This document shows positions 36,214 through 45,457 of a DNA stretch of 64,000 nucleotides, in pieces. The stretch spans positions 17,231 through 81,230 of the forward strand of contig CAXUEY010000002.1 in the NCBI GenBank assembly GCA_964250225.1, written 5' to 3'. Below the pieces are notes generated by a model. It was not told where the DNA came from. It ran no database searches and saw only the letters and a list, made by a program, of their open reading frames with translations. The number at the start of each line of letters is the position of its first letter. The first letter of the stretch is position 1. This DNA comes from an uncultured Ktedonobacteraceae bacterium. Its GTDB lineage: Bacteria; Chloroflexota; Ktedonobacteria; Ktedonobacterales; Ktedonobacteraceae. Position numbers and translations under genes: made by a program.

Positions 36214-37731
36214 ATGAAACGCTTGATTCAACCATTTCGTGGGTTGCGAGGCAAACTCACGCTTTCATATATGCTGACCTCTGTGCTGGCCTTTCTGCTG
36301 GTTGAAATGCTGGTCCTGGGCGGCGGGCTGCTTTTTTTCACGACCCATATCCAGAGCATTCTGCTAAACAATCTGAGCACACAAGCTTCACAAGCCGCTC
36401 CTTACCTGGCCAAAGCCGCACGCGATCCAGAACCGTTGGCCACCTGGCTGCAAATCACCGTTGGAAATCCGGGCAATCAAAACTCCTTTCAACCAAAAAC
36501 CATTTTTCTGGCCGTCACAGATACGCGAGGAGTGATTATTGCTTCAGTCGGCTCGCGGCCACCTGCCGTACACACTTCCCTTGTACCAGCGCTCAGCGGG
36601 CAGGATGGCACCCAATTGCTGGCCGTACTCAACGATAGCAAAGGCGCTACCAGCGTTTCTAGCCAGGAGAGCACCCAGACGCTGGTGGAAATAGTGCCCA
36701 TCATTGGCAAAGATAAGCATACCCAGGGTGCGCTGGTAATGAAATTTGTCCAGCCAGATATCCAGGTGATCTTTTCAAGCTTCTTCAAATTTGTGCTCTT
36801 CAGCGCAGTTGCGGTAACGGCCTTGACGGCTATCATCGGCGCGATCTTCGGCTACTTGATTGCACGCGGGCTGACGCGCCGCTTCAACAGACTATCAGCC
36901 GCAGCGGAGCGCTGGAGTCGCGGCGATTTCTCGACACCTGCGCGGGATACGGCGCGCGACGAGTTAGGGCAGATGGCGCGTCAGCTCAATCACATGGCCG
37001 AAGAGTTGCAGAATCTGTTGCAAACGCGCCAGCAGCTCGCCACACTGGAGGAGCGCAACCGCCTGGCACGCGACCTGCACGACAGCGTCAAGCAGCAGGT
37101 CTTTGCGATCTCGATGCAGATCGGTGCCATCAAGCACCTGCTCCGACGCGACACCGACGCCACTGAAACGCGTTTGCACAAAACCGAGAAACTCGTCCAG
37201 CAGGCCCAACAGGAGCTGACCTCGCTGATCCGCGAACTGCGCCCGGTAGCCCTGGATGGCAAGGGACTGATCGCGGCCCTGCGCGAACTGATCCCCCAGT
37301 GGTCGCAGCAGACCGATATCGTCGCCAATCTGCGCGTTGAGGGCGCCCAGACGCTGCCACTCACCGTCGAAGAAGCGCTCTTCCGTGTGGTCCAGGAGGC
37401 GCTTTCTAACGCGGCCCGTCATAGTAAAGCCACGCTGGTGCAGCTCACCCTGACTCTGGCTGATGAGCTAGTGACCCTTACTATCCATGATAACGGGCAG
37501 GGCTGCGATCCCGTGCACCTGGAACACCGGGGAGTTGGTCTTCTTTCTATGCAAGAGCGTATGCAAGCGCTTGGAGGAGATATGCGCTTAGAGAGCGCTC
37601 CAGGCAATGGCACGCGGGTTGTCGCGTGCTGCACGCGCCTGGGGATTAGTAGCGAGAAACCGCTCGCTGAAACGCAGGTCGAGAAAGAACTCAGTGCGCT
37701 CACAATTCAGAAAAGTCGGCCTCAGAAATAA
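36214..37731 (+). CDS. Sensor histidine kinase, NarL-partner type (HisKA_3)
   Basis: Two TM segments flank a ~150-aa ectodomain, followed by HAMP. The H-box is 'RNRLARDLHDSVKQ', and HATPase_c has 'EALSNAARHS' and 'DNGQG..GVGLLSMQER'. Confidence 0.9.
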   Translation: MKRLIQPFRGLRGKLTLSYMLTSVLAFLLVEMLVLGGGLLFFTTHIQSILLNNLSTQASQAAPYLAKAARDPEPLATWLQITVGNPGNQNSFQPKTIFLAVTDTRGVIIASVGSRPPAVHTSLVPALSGQDGTQLLAVLNDSKGATSVSSQESTQTLVEIVPIIGKDKHTQGALVMKFVQPDIQVIFSSFFKFVLFSAVAVTALTAIIGAIFGYLIARGLTRRFNRLSAAAERWSRGDFSTPARDTARDELGQMARQLNHMAEELQNLLQTRQQLATLEERNRLARDLHDSVKQQVFAISMQIGAIKHLLRRDTDATETRLHKTEKLVQQAQQELTSLIRELRPVALDGKGLIAALRELIPQWSQQTDIVANLRVEGAQTLPLTVEEALFRVVQEALSNAARHSKATLVQLTLTLADELVTLTIHDNGQGCDPVHLEHRGVGLLSMQERMQALGGDMRLESAPGNGTRVVACCTRLGISSEKPLAETQVEKELSALTIQKSRPQK

Positions 37732-37820
37732 CTGCGCCAGCCTGCTATAGCACAGAAGAAAGCATACAATTGTTGTCACACGCTGTAAAAGCCCATATTT
37801 CTCACGGAGGATAGCGCATC

Positions 37821-38480
37821 GTGAGCGAAACAATCTCAATACTGATTACTGACGACCACGCCCTGGTGCGCCAGGGGATACGCGACTTTCTGGAGTTGCA
37901 GCCAGACCTGACTGTTGTTGGAGAAGCCGACTCCGGCGAGGCTGCGGCGCGTCTGGCCGGGGAACTCGCGCCCGATGTTGTTCTCATGGATCTGGTCATG
38001 CCCGGCATCGGTGGGGTGGAGGCGACGCGCCAGGTCAAGCAGGCTAGCCCGCGCTCCCAGGTCATCGTGCTCACATCCTATCACGAAGACGAATATATCT
38101 TCCCGGCGTTACGCGCGGGCGCGCTCTCGTATGTTCTGAAGGATATTGGCCCGGAAGAGCTGGCCGAGACCATCCGCAAGGCTGCGCGTGGCGAATCGAT
38201 CCTGCATCCCCGCGTGGCTGCGCGCGTGGTGCAGGAAGTGCGCGGGGCCAGAAATAGCACGCCTAATCTTTTCACCGACCTGAGTGAGCGCGAACTCGAC
38301 GTGCTGCGCCTCATTGCCGATGGTCTTTCTAATGCCGAAATCGCGCGCAAGCTGATTATCAGCGAGAAGACTGTCAAAGGGCATGTCAGCAATATCCTGG
38401 GCAAGCTGCATATGCTGGATCGCACGCAGGCAGCCGTCTTCGCCTGGCAGCAAGGGCTGGTCATGCGCCGCGATCCATAA
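37821..38480 (+). CDS. Response regulator, NarL/LuxR family
   Basis: The receiver has 'ILITDDH', 'DVVLMDLVMPG' and 'VLTSY..'. The LuxR HTH is 'LSERELDVLRLIADGLSNAEIARKLIISEKTVKGHVSNIL'. The GTG start follows ACGGAGGA. Confidence 0.92.
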   Translation: MSETISILITDDHALVRQGIRDFLELQPDLTVVGEADSGEAAARLAGELAPDVVLMDLVMPGIGGVEATRQVKQASPRSQVIVLTSYHEDEYIFPALRAGALSYVLKDIGPEELAETIRKAARGESILHPRVAARVVQEVRGARNSTPNLFTDLSERELDVLRLIADGLSNAEIARKLIISEKTVKGHVSNILGKLHMLDRTQAAVFAWQQGLVMRRDP

Positions 38481-38576
38481 TCACATCATTCACCAGATGC
38501 ATTTGAGATCTTCCCGGCATGAAATGCACGCAAGATGCGCATCACGAGATTATCAACTGGCTATAGAGCGCTCAGG

Positions 38577-39707
38577 TTAATCCTGAGATGAGGCAACGGC
38601 TTGCTGCTCATTCTCATCATGCTCGTCATCGCCATCGTTGGAAGAGTGGTGCTCGGAATGGATCATCGCCAGCACATTCTCCTCGTCCTCGTTCTGCGCG
38701 TGATATCCTTCTGGGGCTTCGTCAATTTGCCAGACACAGCCATTGAGGATCATATAGCGCCACTCCAGGTTCGGACTATTATTAAAGTCAGCGGGCGTGG
38801 CCGTCTTCAAAAGGTCCAGTACATCGTCCGGGACCGGATCTGCCAGTTGCAGTTCGCCTGCCAGAATGCGCTCTATATACGTGACCAGCATCCGCTGAGG
38901 ATCGTTCCGATACAGAATGTGCTGCATGTTGCGCAAATTGTGCAGAGCCTGCTCATGACTCTCAGGGCTTTGCAAATCGCGTAGAATGTGAAAGCGTAGC
39001 GCGGCGAAAAAACTATATTGGACCAAACCACTACAGACAAAACGTATAACGTGCGCCTGCGGATCACTTTTGGCGTCCCATTTCTTGAAAAGAGTCGCCA
39101 GTGCATCAGCGGCCTCGGCCACCTGCGGAACCTTGCTCAGGTGACGCTTAGCAATGCGTTCACCATAGAGAGCAGCCAGTTCCCAGACGACTTTATGATC
39201 GTAGAGGCCATGAATTTGATCCATAGCGATGCCGCGCACGTGCCGCAAATACCCAATCCCGTGAATATCTTCGGGATCATGCAGATCGTGACGGCTCTTT
39301 TCATAAGGACTCTCCCTATACCAATCCAGCTTTGGCCGTTTAATGCCTACCGTAAATTCCTTGAACGGCATCACTTCATTGCGCCAACTGGCAATAATCA
39401 CGCCTTTGGTTTTGGCCTCGATCAAAAATGTGTTTTCCAGGCCATTGGATGGATCGTTCACCATGTAGACGAGGGAGGAATGGCTCCATTTGCTGTTAGT
39501 GGCAACACGGATCAAATGGGCAAATACTTCGGTATGGCTGTGATTCACACGCAACAATACGTCCGAGATGTGCAAGCGCGGGCCGTCTTCCCCCTGCTGC
39601 ATAAAATACGTGAGTGGATCGTGTGAAACCAGCGTCGCACGATAGGACATCTGTCTTCTTCCTTTCAGATGAGCGGCTTTATTTCTGCATACGCCGCTCT
39701 CCATCAT
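38577..39707 (-). CDS. Permuted papain-like (YiiX/YaeF-type NlpC/P60 superfamily) protein with acidic C-terminal tail
   Basis: 'ISDVLLR', 'KWSHSSLVYMV' and 'FLIEAKTKGVIIASW' (His region) precede 'RFVCSGLVQYSFF' (Cys region). That is the permuted His-before-Cys order. The tail is 'SSNDGDDEHDENEQQ'. The ATG overlaps the kinase stop (TAATG). Confidence 0.55.
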   Translation of the reverse strand: MMESGVCRNKAAHLKGRRQMSYRATLVSHDPLTYFMQQGEDGPRLHISDVLLRVNHSHTEVFAHLIRVATNSKWSHSSLVYMVNDPSNGLENTFLIEAKTKGVIIASWRNEVMPFKEFTVGIKRPKLDWYRESPYEKSRHDLHDPEDIHGIGYLRHVRGIAMDQIHGLYDHKVVWELAALYGERIAKRHLSKVPQVAEAADALATLFKKWDAKSDPQAHVIRFVCSGLVQYSFFAALRFHILRDLQSPESHEQALHNLRNMQHILYRNDPQRMLVTYIERILAGELQLADPVPDDVLDLLKTATPADFNNSPNLEWRYMILNGCVWQIDEAPEGYHAQNEDEENVLAMIHSEHHSSNDGDDEHDENEQQAVASSQD

Positions 39708-41869
39708 TATATCGCCTGCCAGATGCGCGCGGTATGATCGCCGCTCGCTGAGGCGACCTGCTGGCCATCAGGCGACCAGGAAAGCGCCCAGACGATATCG
39801 GTATGGCCGGTATAGGTGTAGAGATGCTGAGCATCGGAGGCACGCCAGATCTGGGCAGTATGGTCTTTGCTGGCGGTGGCGATCAGCTGGCCGTTGTGCG
39901 ACCATTCGATATCCTCAATGTGATCACTATGGCCGCTGTACGTTCTGAGCACATTGCCTGTGCTGGGCTGCCAGATCTGCACGACGCCACTATCACCGCC
40001 GAATGCGATGGTGCTCCCATCGCGTGACCAGGCCACCGCGCGTACATTTGTGTTAGCGGCATAGCGATAAAGCGGTGTGGCGTTCGTAGCATCCCAAATC
40101 TGCACGGTTCCATCAAAACTGCCAGAGGCAATCGAACGGCCATCGGGCGACCAGGCGACAGCCCAGACCTTATCAGTGTGTCCAGAAAATGTCAGCAGAT
40201 GAGTGCCTGTGGTCGCGCTCCACACCTGGGCGGTGCCATCCTGGCTGCCGGAGACAATGCGCTGACCGTCAGATGACCAGGCCAGGCTGAACACGGACAA
40301 CGCGTGGCCCGTATAGCTCGTCACCAGAGCATTCGTTGTCGCGTCCCACACCTGGATAGTTGGATCGCTGCCCGCAGAGGCAATATAACGTCCATCGGGC
40401 GACCAGGCCAGGTTATACCCCTGCCCACTCTCCTGATGGGTCAGGTTGGTGCCCCCAGTCGAGGCATTCCAGACCGCTACTGTCTTATCCCAACTACATG
40501 TGGCCAGCGTCTGCCCACCGGTGGGTGACCAGGCGACACCGATCACCTGGTCACTGTGCCCGGTATAGACAAGTTGCGTCGTGCCGATAACCGGGGTTGG
40601 CGATTGTTGCGGGCCTGGGGTTGCGGTTCGCGTTGGCGACTGTTGTGTGCTGGGGGTTGCGGTTCGCGTGGAGGTTTGCGTATTCCCTGAGGATGTGGCG
40701 GGAGCCCGCCCCAAAAGTGACGCGAGTTCGCCAGAGAAGAGCAGGGCGGCTACACCACCAACCACGATAGCGCCTCCGCCGAGTCCCAGCAGAAAAGCAC
40801 GCCGTGCCACGGTCCGCCTTGCCGCATCTGGCACGCTCTGCGGCGGGGGAAATGTAGGGGTATGCTGTATCTGTTGACCATCAGCCACTGGCCCTCCGAC
40901 CAGGGCTGGCGGAGTATTATATGGGAATTGACCGGGCGCCTGCATCGACGCTGGCGGAGCGTTATACGGGAACTGACCAGGGGGCGCCTGCATCGGCACA
41001 GGCGCAACTGGCAGCGGGGTCACTGGCAGCGTAGGCTCACGCGTGGAGAGCTGGTTGCAGGCCTGTTCCAGAGCATTGGCAAACGCCTGGATCGAGAAAA
41101 AACGCTGCGCGGGATCTTTCGCCAGAGCCACGCGCAGGGCCTCATCAACATCAGGTGACACGCCGGGGATCGCGCCACTGATTAGCGGCGGTGATGCGTG
41201 GAGATGTTGCCCGCTGACAGCAGCCAGACTCCCCTGAAATGGTCGCTCGCCACTCAACCACTCATAAGCCACCACCGCCAGAGCATACTGGTCGCTCGCC
41301 TTCTGAGGCTTGCCCTCAAACTGCTCCGGCGCCATGTAAGCCACGGTCCCTGCCACATTGTGCATCTGTTGCGCGCTCTGCGTCTGGGTCACCATCGCAA
41401 CAATCGCAATCCCAAAGTCGCTGAGCAGCACCTCATCGCGTCCCCCCAGCAGCATATTTTCTGGTTTGATATCACAGTGAATGACATCCTGGTTGTGCGC
41501 GTACTGCAAGGCACCAGCGATCTGCTTGACCAGTTTTGCCACATGGACCGGGTGCAGGCGTGTATTGCGTGGATAGCGCTGCCGTAGCGTGCCATTGACA
41601 GCATATTCCATGACCAGAAACGGAGTCTCACCCTGCATTCCAAAGTCCAACACACGAATAATATTGGGATGAGCCAGGCTAGCAATGGTGCGCGCTTCGC
41701 GCAAAAAAGCCGCCATCTCACTCTCATTTAGAGCAGCCTGGACGATTTTTATCGCAGCGCTGGTGTGCAGAAACACATGCTCGCCCAGGTATACCTCAGC
41801 CATGCCACCCTTCCCCAGGCGCTGGATAAGCCGGTAGTTGCCCAATTGCTGGCCTTGATAATCCATCAT
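39707..41869 (-). CDS. Ser/Thr protein kinase - TM - seven WD40 repeats
   Basis: Intact motifs are 'GKGGMAEVY', 'AAIKIV', 'HCDIKPENML', 'DFGIA' and 'YMAPEQ'. A Pro/Gln-rich linker precedes the TM 'AFLLGLGGGAIVVGGVAALLF'. Seven 'H...V..(L/V)AWSPDG...AS.S.D.T..(I/V)W' blades follow. Confidence 0.92.
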   Translation of the reverse strand: MMDYQGQQLGNYRLIQRLGKGGMAEVYLGEHVFLHTSAAIKIVQAALNESEMAAFLREARTIASLAHPNIIRVLDFGMQGETPFLVMEYAVNGTLRQRYPRNTRLHPVHVAKLVKQIAGALQYAHNQDVIHCDIKPENMLLGGRDEVLLSDFGIAIVAMVTQTQSAQQMHNVAGTVAYMAPEQFEGKPQKASDQYALAVVAYEWLSGERPFQGSLAAVSGQHLHASPPLISGAIPGVSPDVDEALRVALAKDPAQRFFSIQAFANALEQACNQLSTREPTLPVTPLPVAPVPMQAPPGQFPYNAPPASMQAPGQFPYNTPPALVGGPVADGQQIQHTPTFPPPQSVPDAARRTVARRAFLLGLGGGAIVVGGVAALLFSGELASLLGRAPATSSGNTQTSTRTATPSTQQSPTRTATPGPQQSPTPVIGTTQLVYTGHSDQVIGVAWSPTGGQTLATCSWDKTVAVWNASTGGTNLTHQESGQGYNLAWSPDGRYIASAGSDPTIQVWDATTNALVTSYTGHALSVFSLAWSSDGQRIVSGSQDGTAQVWSATTGTHLLTFSGHTDKVWAVAWSPDGRSIASGSFDGTVQIWDATNATPLYRYAANTNVRAVAWSRDGSTIAFGGDSGVVQIWQPSTGNVLRTYSGHSDHIEDIEWSHNGQLIATASKDHTAQIWRASDAQHLYTYTGHTDIVWALSWSPDGQQVASASGDHTARIWQAI
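40597..40668 (-). repeat. Tandem 36-nt coding repeat (2 copies) in the kinase stalk
   Basis: Units at 40597-40632 and 40633-40668 differ at 5 of 36 positions. They encode '..TRTATP..QQSPT..' twice. Confidence 0.8.
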
Positions 41870-42035
41870 AGGGAATTACGCTCCTCAAACTATGTACATA
41901 ATGTATTTATCAATTTATGCTCTTGCAGATAAATATACGCTACTCTGCCCTTCCAGACAAGAGGCTATCTCTGCGCTTGTGCATTGCCTGGCAATCATCC
42001 ATAATGCAAAAGAATAGAGAGAGGGAGTATTTTTT

Positions 42036-42992
42036 GTGGCTATTTTTCTCGATCTTGCCCTGCTTGTTCTCGGCGCGGTCCTTTTATTGTACGGCGCTGA
42101 CTGGTTTCTCGATGGTGTGCGCGACCTGGCGCGCGTGCTGGGCCTGAGCGCCCTACTGTTGGGTATTTTGCTGGTTGGCCTGGAGCCAGAAGAAATGCTC
42201 ACGGCAGCGCTGGCTTCGGGACGCGGTATCCCCGAACTGGCTATTAACAACGTCGTCGGCACCAATGTTACGATCATCACCTGCGCGCTCGGCCTCTCGG
42301 CTCTACTCGCACCGATAGTGCTGCCGCGCACCGTACGCCGCCTGGCTCTGCTAGCCACGCTGGTCTCGCTAATCCCCATTGCGTTACTCTTCACAGGCCT
42401 CATCACTCGCCTGGAGGGTGCGCTGCTGCTGATCCTCTTTGCTGTCTACACGTTCTTCCTGTTGCGCGTGGATCGCAGCGCGCTTCCACGCGGCATGGAA
42501 GATGATGATGACGATGACGACAAACCCATAACCCACAAGCCTGGCCGCACCTGGCGCCTTGTGGGGCTAACGCTGCTGGGGCTGGTCGTTATGAGTGGCG
42601 GTGGCTATCTGCTGGTCGAGGGCGCGCAACGCTTTGTGAGCACAACTGGCCTGGGAGCTGGCATTGTGGGCGGTACCATCGTCTCGCTGGCCACTGGCTC
42701 GGAGATGATCGCCCTGGGCATCAGCGCGGCGCGCAAAAAGCAATCTGAAGTACTGGTAGGCGGCATCCTCGGCTCTTTTGCTTATAACCTGCTGGTCACG
42801 CTGGGCCTGGCCGCAGTCATCAATCCCCTGCCCGTCGATTTTCACCAGACACTGATTCCGCTGCTCTTTATGCTCGTCTCCCACCTGACCCTGCTCGCGC
42901 TGATCTGGCGTGGACACTTCGGGCGCGTCGCTGGCGGCATATTTGTGCTGGGATATGCGGCGTATGTGGCCCTGGTCTTTCTCGCGCGTTAA
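42036..42992 (+). CDS. Ca2+/cation antiporter (CaCA, YrbG-like)
   Basis: Two homologous 5-TM halves have alpha-repeat-like 'GLEPEEMLTA' and 'ATGSEMIALG'. A poly-Asp cytoplasmic loop 'MEDDDDDDDK' separates them. GTG start. Confidence 0.75.
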   Translation: MAIFLDLALLVLGAVLLLYGADWFLDGVRDLARVLGLSALLLGILLVGLEPEEMLTAALASGRGIPELAINNVVGTNVTIITCALGLSALLAPIVLPRTVRRLALLATLVSLIPIALLFTGLITRLEGALLLILFAVYTFFLLRVDRSALPRGMEDDDDDDDKPITHKPGRTWRLVGLTLLGLVVMSGGGYLLVEGAQRFVSTTGLGAGIVGGTIVSLATGSEMIALGISAARKKQSEVLVGGILGSFAYNLLVTLGLAAVINPLPVDFHQTLIPLLFMLVSHLTLLALIWRGHFGRVAGGIFVLGYAAYVALVFLAR

Positions 42993-43053
42993 CACACGAC
43001 AAGATCTCTTCACGCATCGAGAGCACGGCCAGGGCCAGTATACGCCGCATGCG

Positions 43054-44241
43054 CTAGCCTAACAGACGAGAGACCGTAGACAACGCCTGCTCCAGCTCGT
43101 CCTCACGTGTGAATCCGTGCGGGGCCAGGCGCACGCCTCGGCCACGCGCGGAGGCGATCACCTTCTGCTGGCGTAGCTCCTCTTCCAACTGATGTGCGCG
43201 CTCAGGTGAGCCTGCGTCCAGGGCCGTGGTCGCGCCTTTGGGGGTGCCCTGTTGTGGACCCAGCACACGCAATCTCAAACGCGGCGTTAGCTCGTAAGCA
43301 AGTGCTGAGAGGCGCTCGATGTGCGCGTGGATGCGCTCGACACCAGTACGCAGCACTAACTCCATGCCAGCGCGAGCAATGTACGCGTTGAGAATGGGCG
43401 GTGTGCCCAGGTCGAAGCGCGCCGCGCTCTGCGGGTAGTCCAGGTGGATGGCATCGAACGCGTAGGGGTTGGTGCGTCCAAACCAGCCAGTGATCGAGGG
43501 TTCGAGCCGATGCAGCAGCGCGGGATTCACATAGAGAAACGCGATACCCGCCGTCCCCAGTAAATATTTGAGTGTGCCGGCGACCAGAAAGTCCACGCCG
43601 CTCGCTTTAACGTCGATTGGCACGGTCCCTATCGATTGATACGCGTCCGCCAGCACCAGCGCGCCCTGGGCATGGGCCGCGGCAACCACCGTCTCCAGAT
43701 CCGTCAGCGCGCCATGCGCGTAACACACATGGGGAACTGAGATCAACGTTGTCGCCTCATCCACGGTTCTGGCGAAGGCCTGTGTGCTGACCAGTCCCTG
43801 TTCATCGGCGGCAAGCATCTCCACATCCCAGCCGTATTTGCGCAGAGCCAGCCACGCGTGCGCCACCCCAGGAAACTCGACCTCGCTGCTAATCACGCGG
43901 CGCCGTGTACTTGTGACGTCCGCGAGCAGGGCGCTGGCCAGCGATGAGACCAGCTGAGAGACCGAGGTGCCAACGGCAATGTCTTCAGGGGAAGCCCCAA
44001 TTAGCGTGGCAAAGGCGGCGCGTGCGCGCTCAACCTCCTCAACCCACGCGTTCCAGTGCATGCCCAGGCTGGCCCACTCGCCCAGAAACGTCTCGATGGC
44101 CGCGCGCACCGGCTGAGCCAGGGGCCCCTGCGAGCAGTTGGCCAGGTAGATGTCGGTTTGCAACAACGGACAGGCCGCGCGTAATGTCTGTAATGGGTCT
44201 GTTATAGATGGGTCAGGCTGGTAATCAGGAGTGGTCTGCAT
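43054..44241 (-). CDS. Aminotransferase class V-fold PLP enzyme (cysteine desulfurase/kynureninase-like)
   Basis: 'DFLVAGTLKYLLGTAGIAFLYV' contains the PLP-Lys context, and 'LADAYQSIG' is typical. Start ATG 44241 follows AAAGGAAAGGAA, 19 nt after the LLM stop. The longer ORF to 44394 overlaps the upstream gene. Confidence 0.8.
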   Translation of the reverse strand: MQTTPDYQPDPSITDPLQTLRAACPLLQTDIYLANCSQGPLAQPVRAAIETFLGEWASLGMHWNAWVEEVERARAAFATLIGASPEDIAVGTSVSQLVSSLASALLADVTSTRRRVISSEVEFPGVAHAWLALRKYGWDVEMLAADEQGLVSTQAFARTVDEATTLISVPHVCYAHGALTDLETVVAAAHAQGALVLADAYQSIGTVPIDVKASGVDFLVAGTLKYLLGTAGIAFLYVNPALLHRLEPSITGWFGRTNPYAFDAIHLDYPQSAARFDLGTPPILNAYIARAGMELVLRTGVERIHAHIERLSALAYELTPRLRLRVLGPQQGTPKGATTALDAGSPERAHQLEEELRQQKVIASARGRGVRLAPHGFTREDELEQALSTVSRLLG

Positions 44242-44260
44242 ATATTCCTTTCCTTTTAAC

Positions 44261-45220
44261 TCACACACGCGGCAGCACACCCGTCGCGAAGGCGTGCAAT
44301 CCATCGATATCGTCGAGATCGAACCATTGGAGCATGAGTTCTTCCACACCGGCCTGAGCATACATCTGGATTTGTGGCAGGATCTGTTCGGCATTGCCTA
44401 TCAGCGCGCGACCACTGCGTACGATCTTCTCAATGGCCTGATCTAGTGGGAGATCGGCCAGTTCGGGATCGTTGCGGCGCCAGGCCAGACGCTGATCCAA
44501 CTTCTCAGGATCACGTTCGAAGAACAGAGTAAGCATCATGGTGCGCCGAACCTCTGTGGGCTGGCGTCCAGCGGCACTGAGCAGACTGTCCAGGTGGGCA
44601 GAGCGCTCGCGAAACACCTCCGGTGAGAGGCCGAGAGCATTCCAGATGCTGGCGTAGCGAGCCACCAGCGGCAGGGTGCGTTTGACACCATTGCCGCCGA
44701 TCAAAATTGGCGGACCGCCAAGCTGCTGCGGACGTGGCAGCAGGGTCGCACCTTTCAGCTGGAAGAAACGCCCCTCGAAAGAGACCGGTTCGTCGCTGCG
44801 CAACAAACGCGTAATCACTTCCAGCCCCTCTTCAAAGCGCGCCATACGAGTTGGGACACTGCCTAACTCATAGCCAAAGAGGGTATGCTCGCGTTCTTGC
44901 CAACCCGCTCCCAGTCCAAGCAACATGCGCCCTTCGCTCAGGTCCGCGAGTGCCGAGGCTTGCCTGGCCAGCAGCGCTGGATGGCGAAACGAGAGCGGGG
45001 CGACGAGCGAACCAAAGTGGATGCGCCGGGTATGAGCGGCGAGATAGGTTAACGAGACAATCATCTCCAGCGAATCTTTATCGGGCGGACGCGCATTGGT
45101 GAAGTGGTCGGAACGAAAGAGGCCGGTGAAACCGAGATCTTCTACGTTCGTGACCAGCTGTTTCCAATGAGGCCAGGTCAGACCGTTCTGCCCCTCAATC
45201 ATGAGCGAGATATCTACCAT
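44261..45220 (-). CDS. LLM-class (luciferase-like) flavin/F420-dependent oxidoreductase
   Basis: 'GFTGLFRSDHF', 'GRMLLGLGAGWQEREH' and 'PPILIGGNG' are hallmarks of the LLM TIM barrel. Confidence 0.85.
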   Translation of the reverse strand: MVDISLMIEGQNGLTWPHWKQLVTNVEDLGFTGLFRSDHFTNARPPDKDSLEMIVSLTYLAAHTRRIHFGSLVAPLSFRHPALLARQASALADLSEGRMLLGLGAGWQEREHTLFGYELGSVPTRMARFEEGLEVITRLLRSDEPVSFEGRFFQLKGATLLPRPQQLGGPPILIGGNGVKRTLPLVARYASIWNALGLSPEVFRERSAHLDSLLSAAGRQPTEVRRTMMLTLFFERDPEKLDQRLAWRRNDPELADLPLDQAIEKIVRSGRALIGNAEQILPQIQMYAQAGVEELMLQWFDLDDIDGLHAFATGVLPRV

Positions 45221-45321
45221 ACGTTGCTTGTCCCTTCTAATGTTTTGGTGCTCTGATCATATCACATACTTTCAGTACAGTATTCTGCCCACATAAAAAG
45301 CTGCTGAGATACTGACCCATA

Positions 45322-45360
45322 TGAAAAAGGGCAGCATGCCGTTGCTACAGGCGTGCTGCC
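45322..45360 (-). terminator. Intrinsic terminator for the tandem-GNAT gene
   Basis: The minus strand reads GGCAGCACGCC-UGUAGCAAC-GGCAUGCUGCC (11 bp with one C.A mismatch), followed by C-UUUUU-C. Confidence 0.5.
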
Positions 45361-45457
45361 GCGTTTCTAAAAAACTGGAGACGTACCACATGTGGACGTA
45401 ACCCCAGACATGGTGCTTTCAGGGGAGAAAGACCCGGATGAAAGTTTGCTCACACGT

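Noticed and set aside
44242-44394. 51-codon N-terminal extension of the class V PLP enzyme ORF
   Set aside because: It overlaps the 3' end of the LLM gene and is Cys/Arg-rich. ATG 44241 has a strong RBS.
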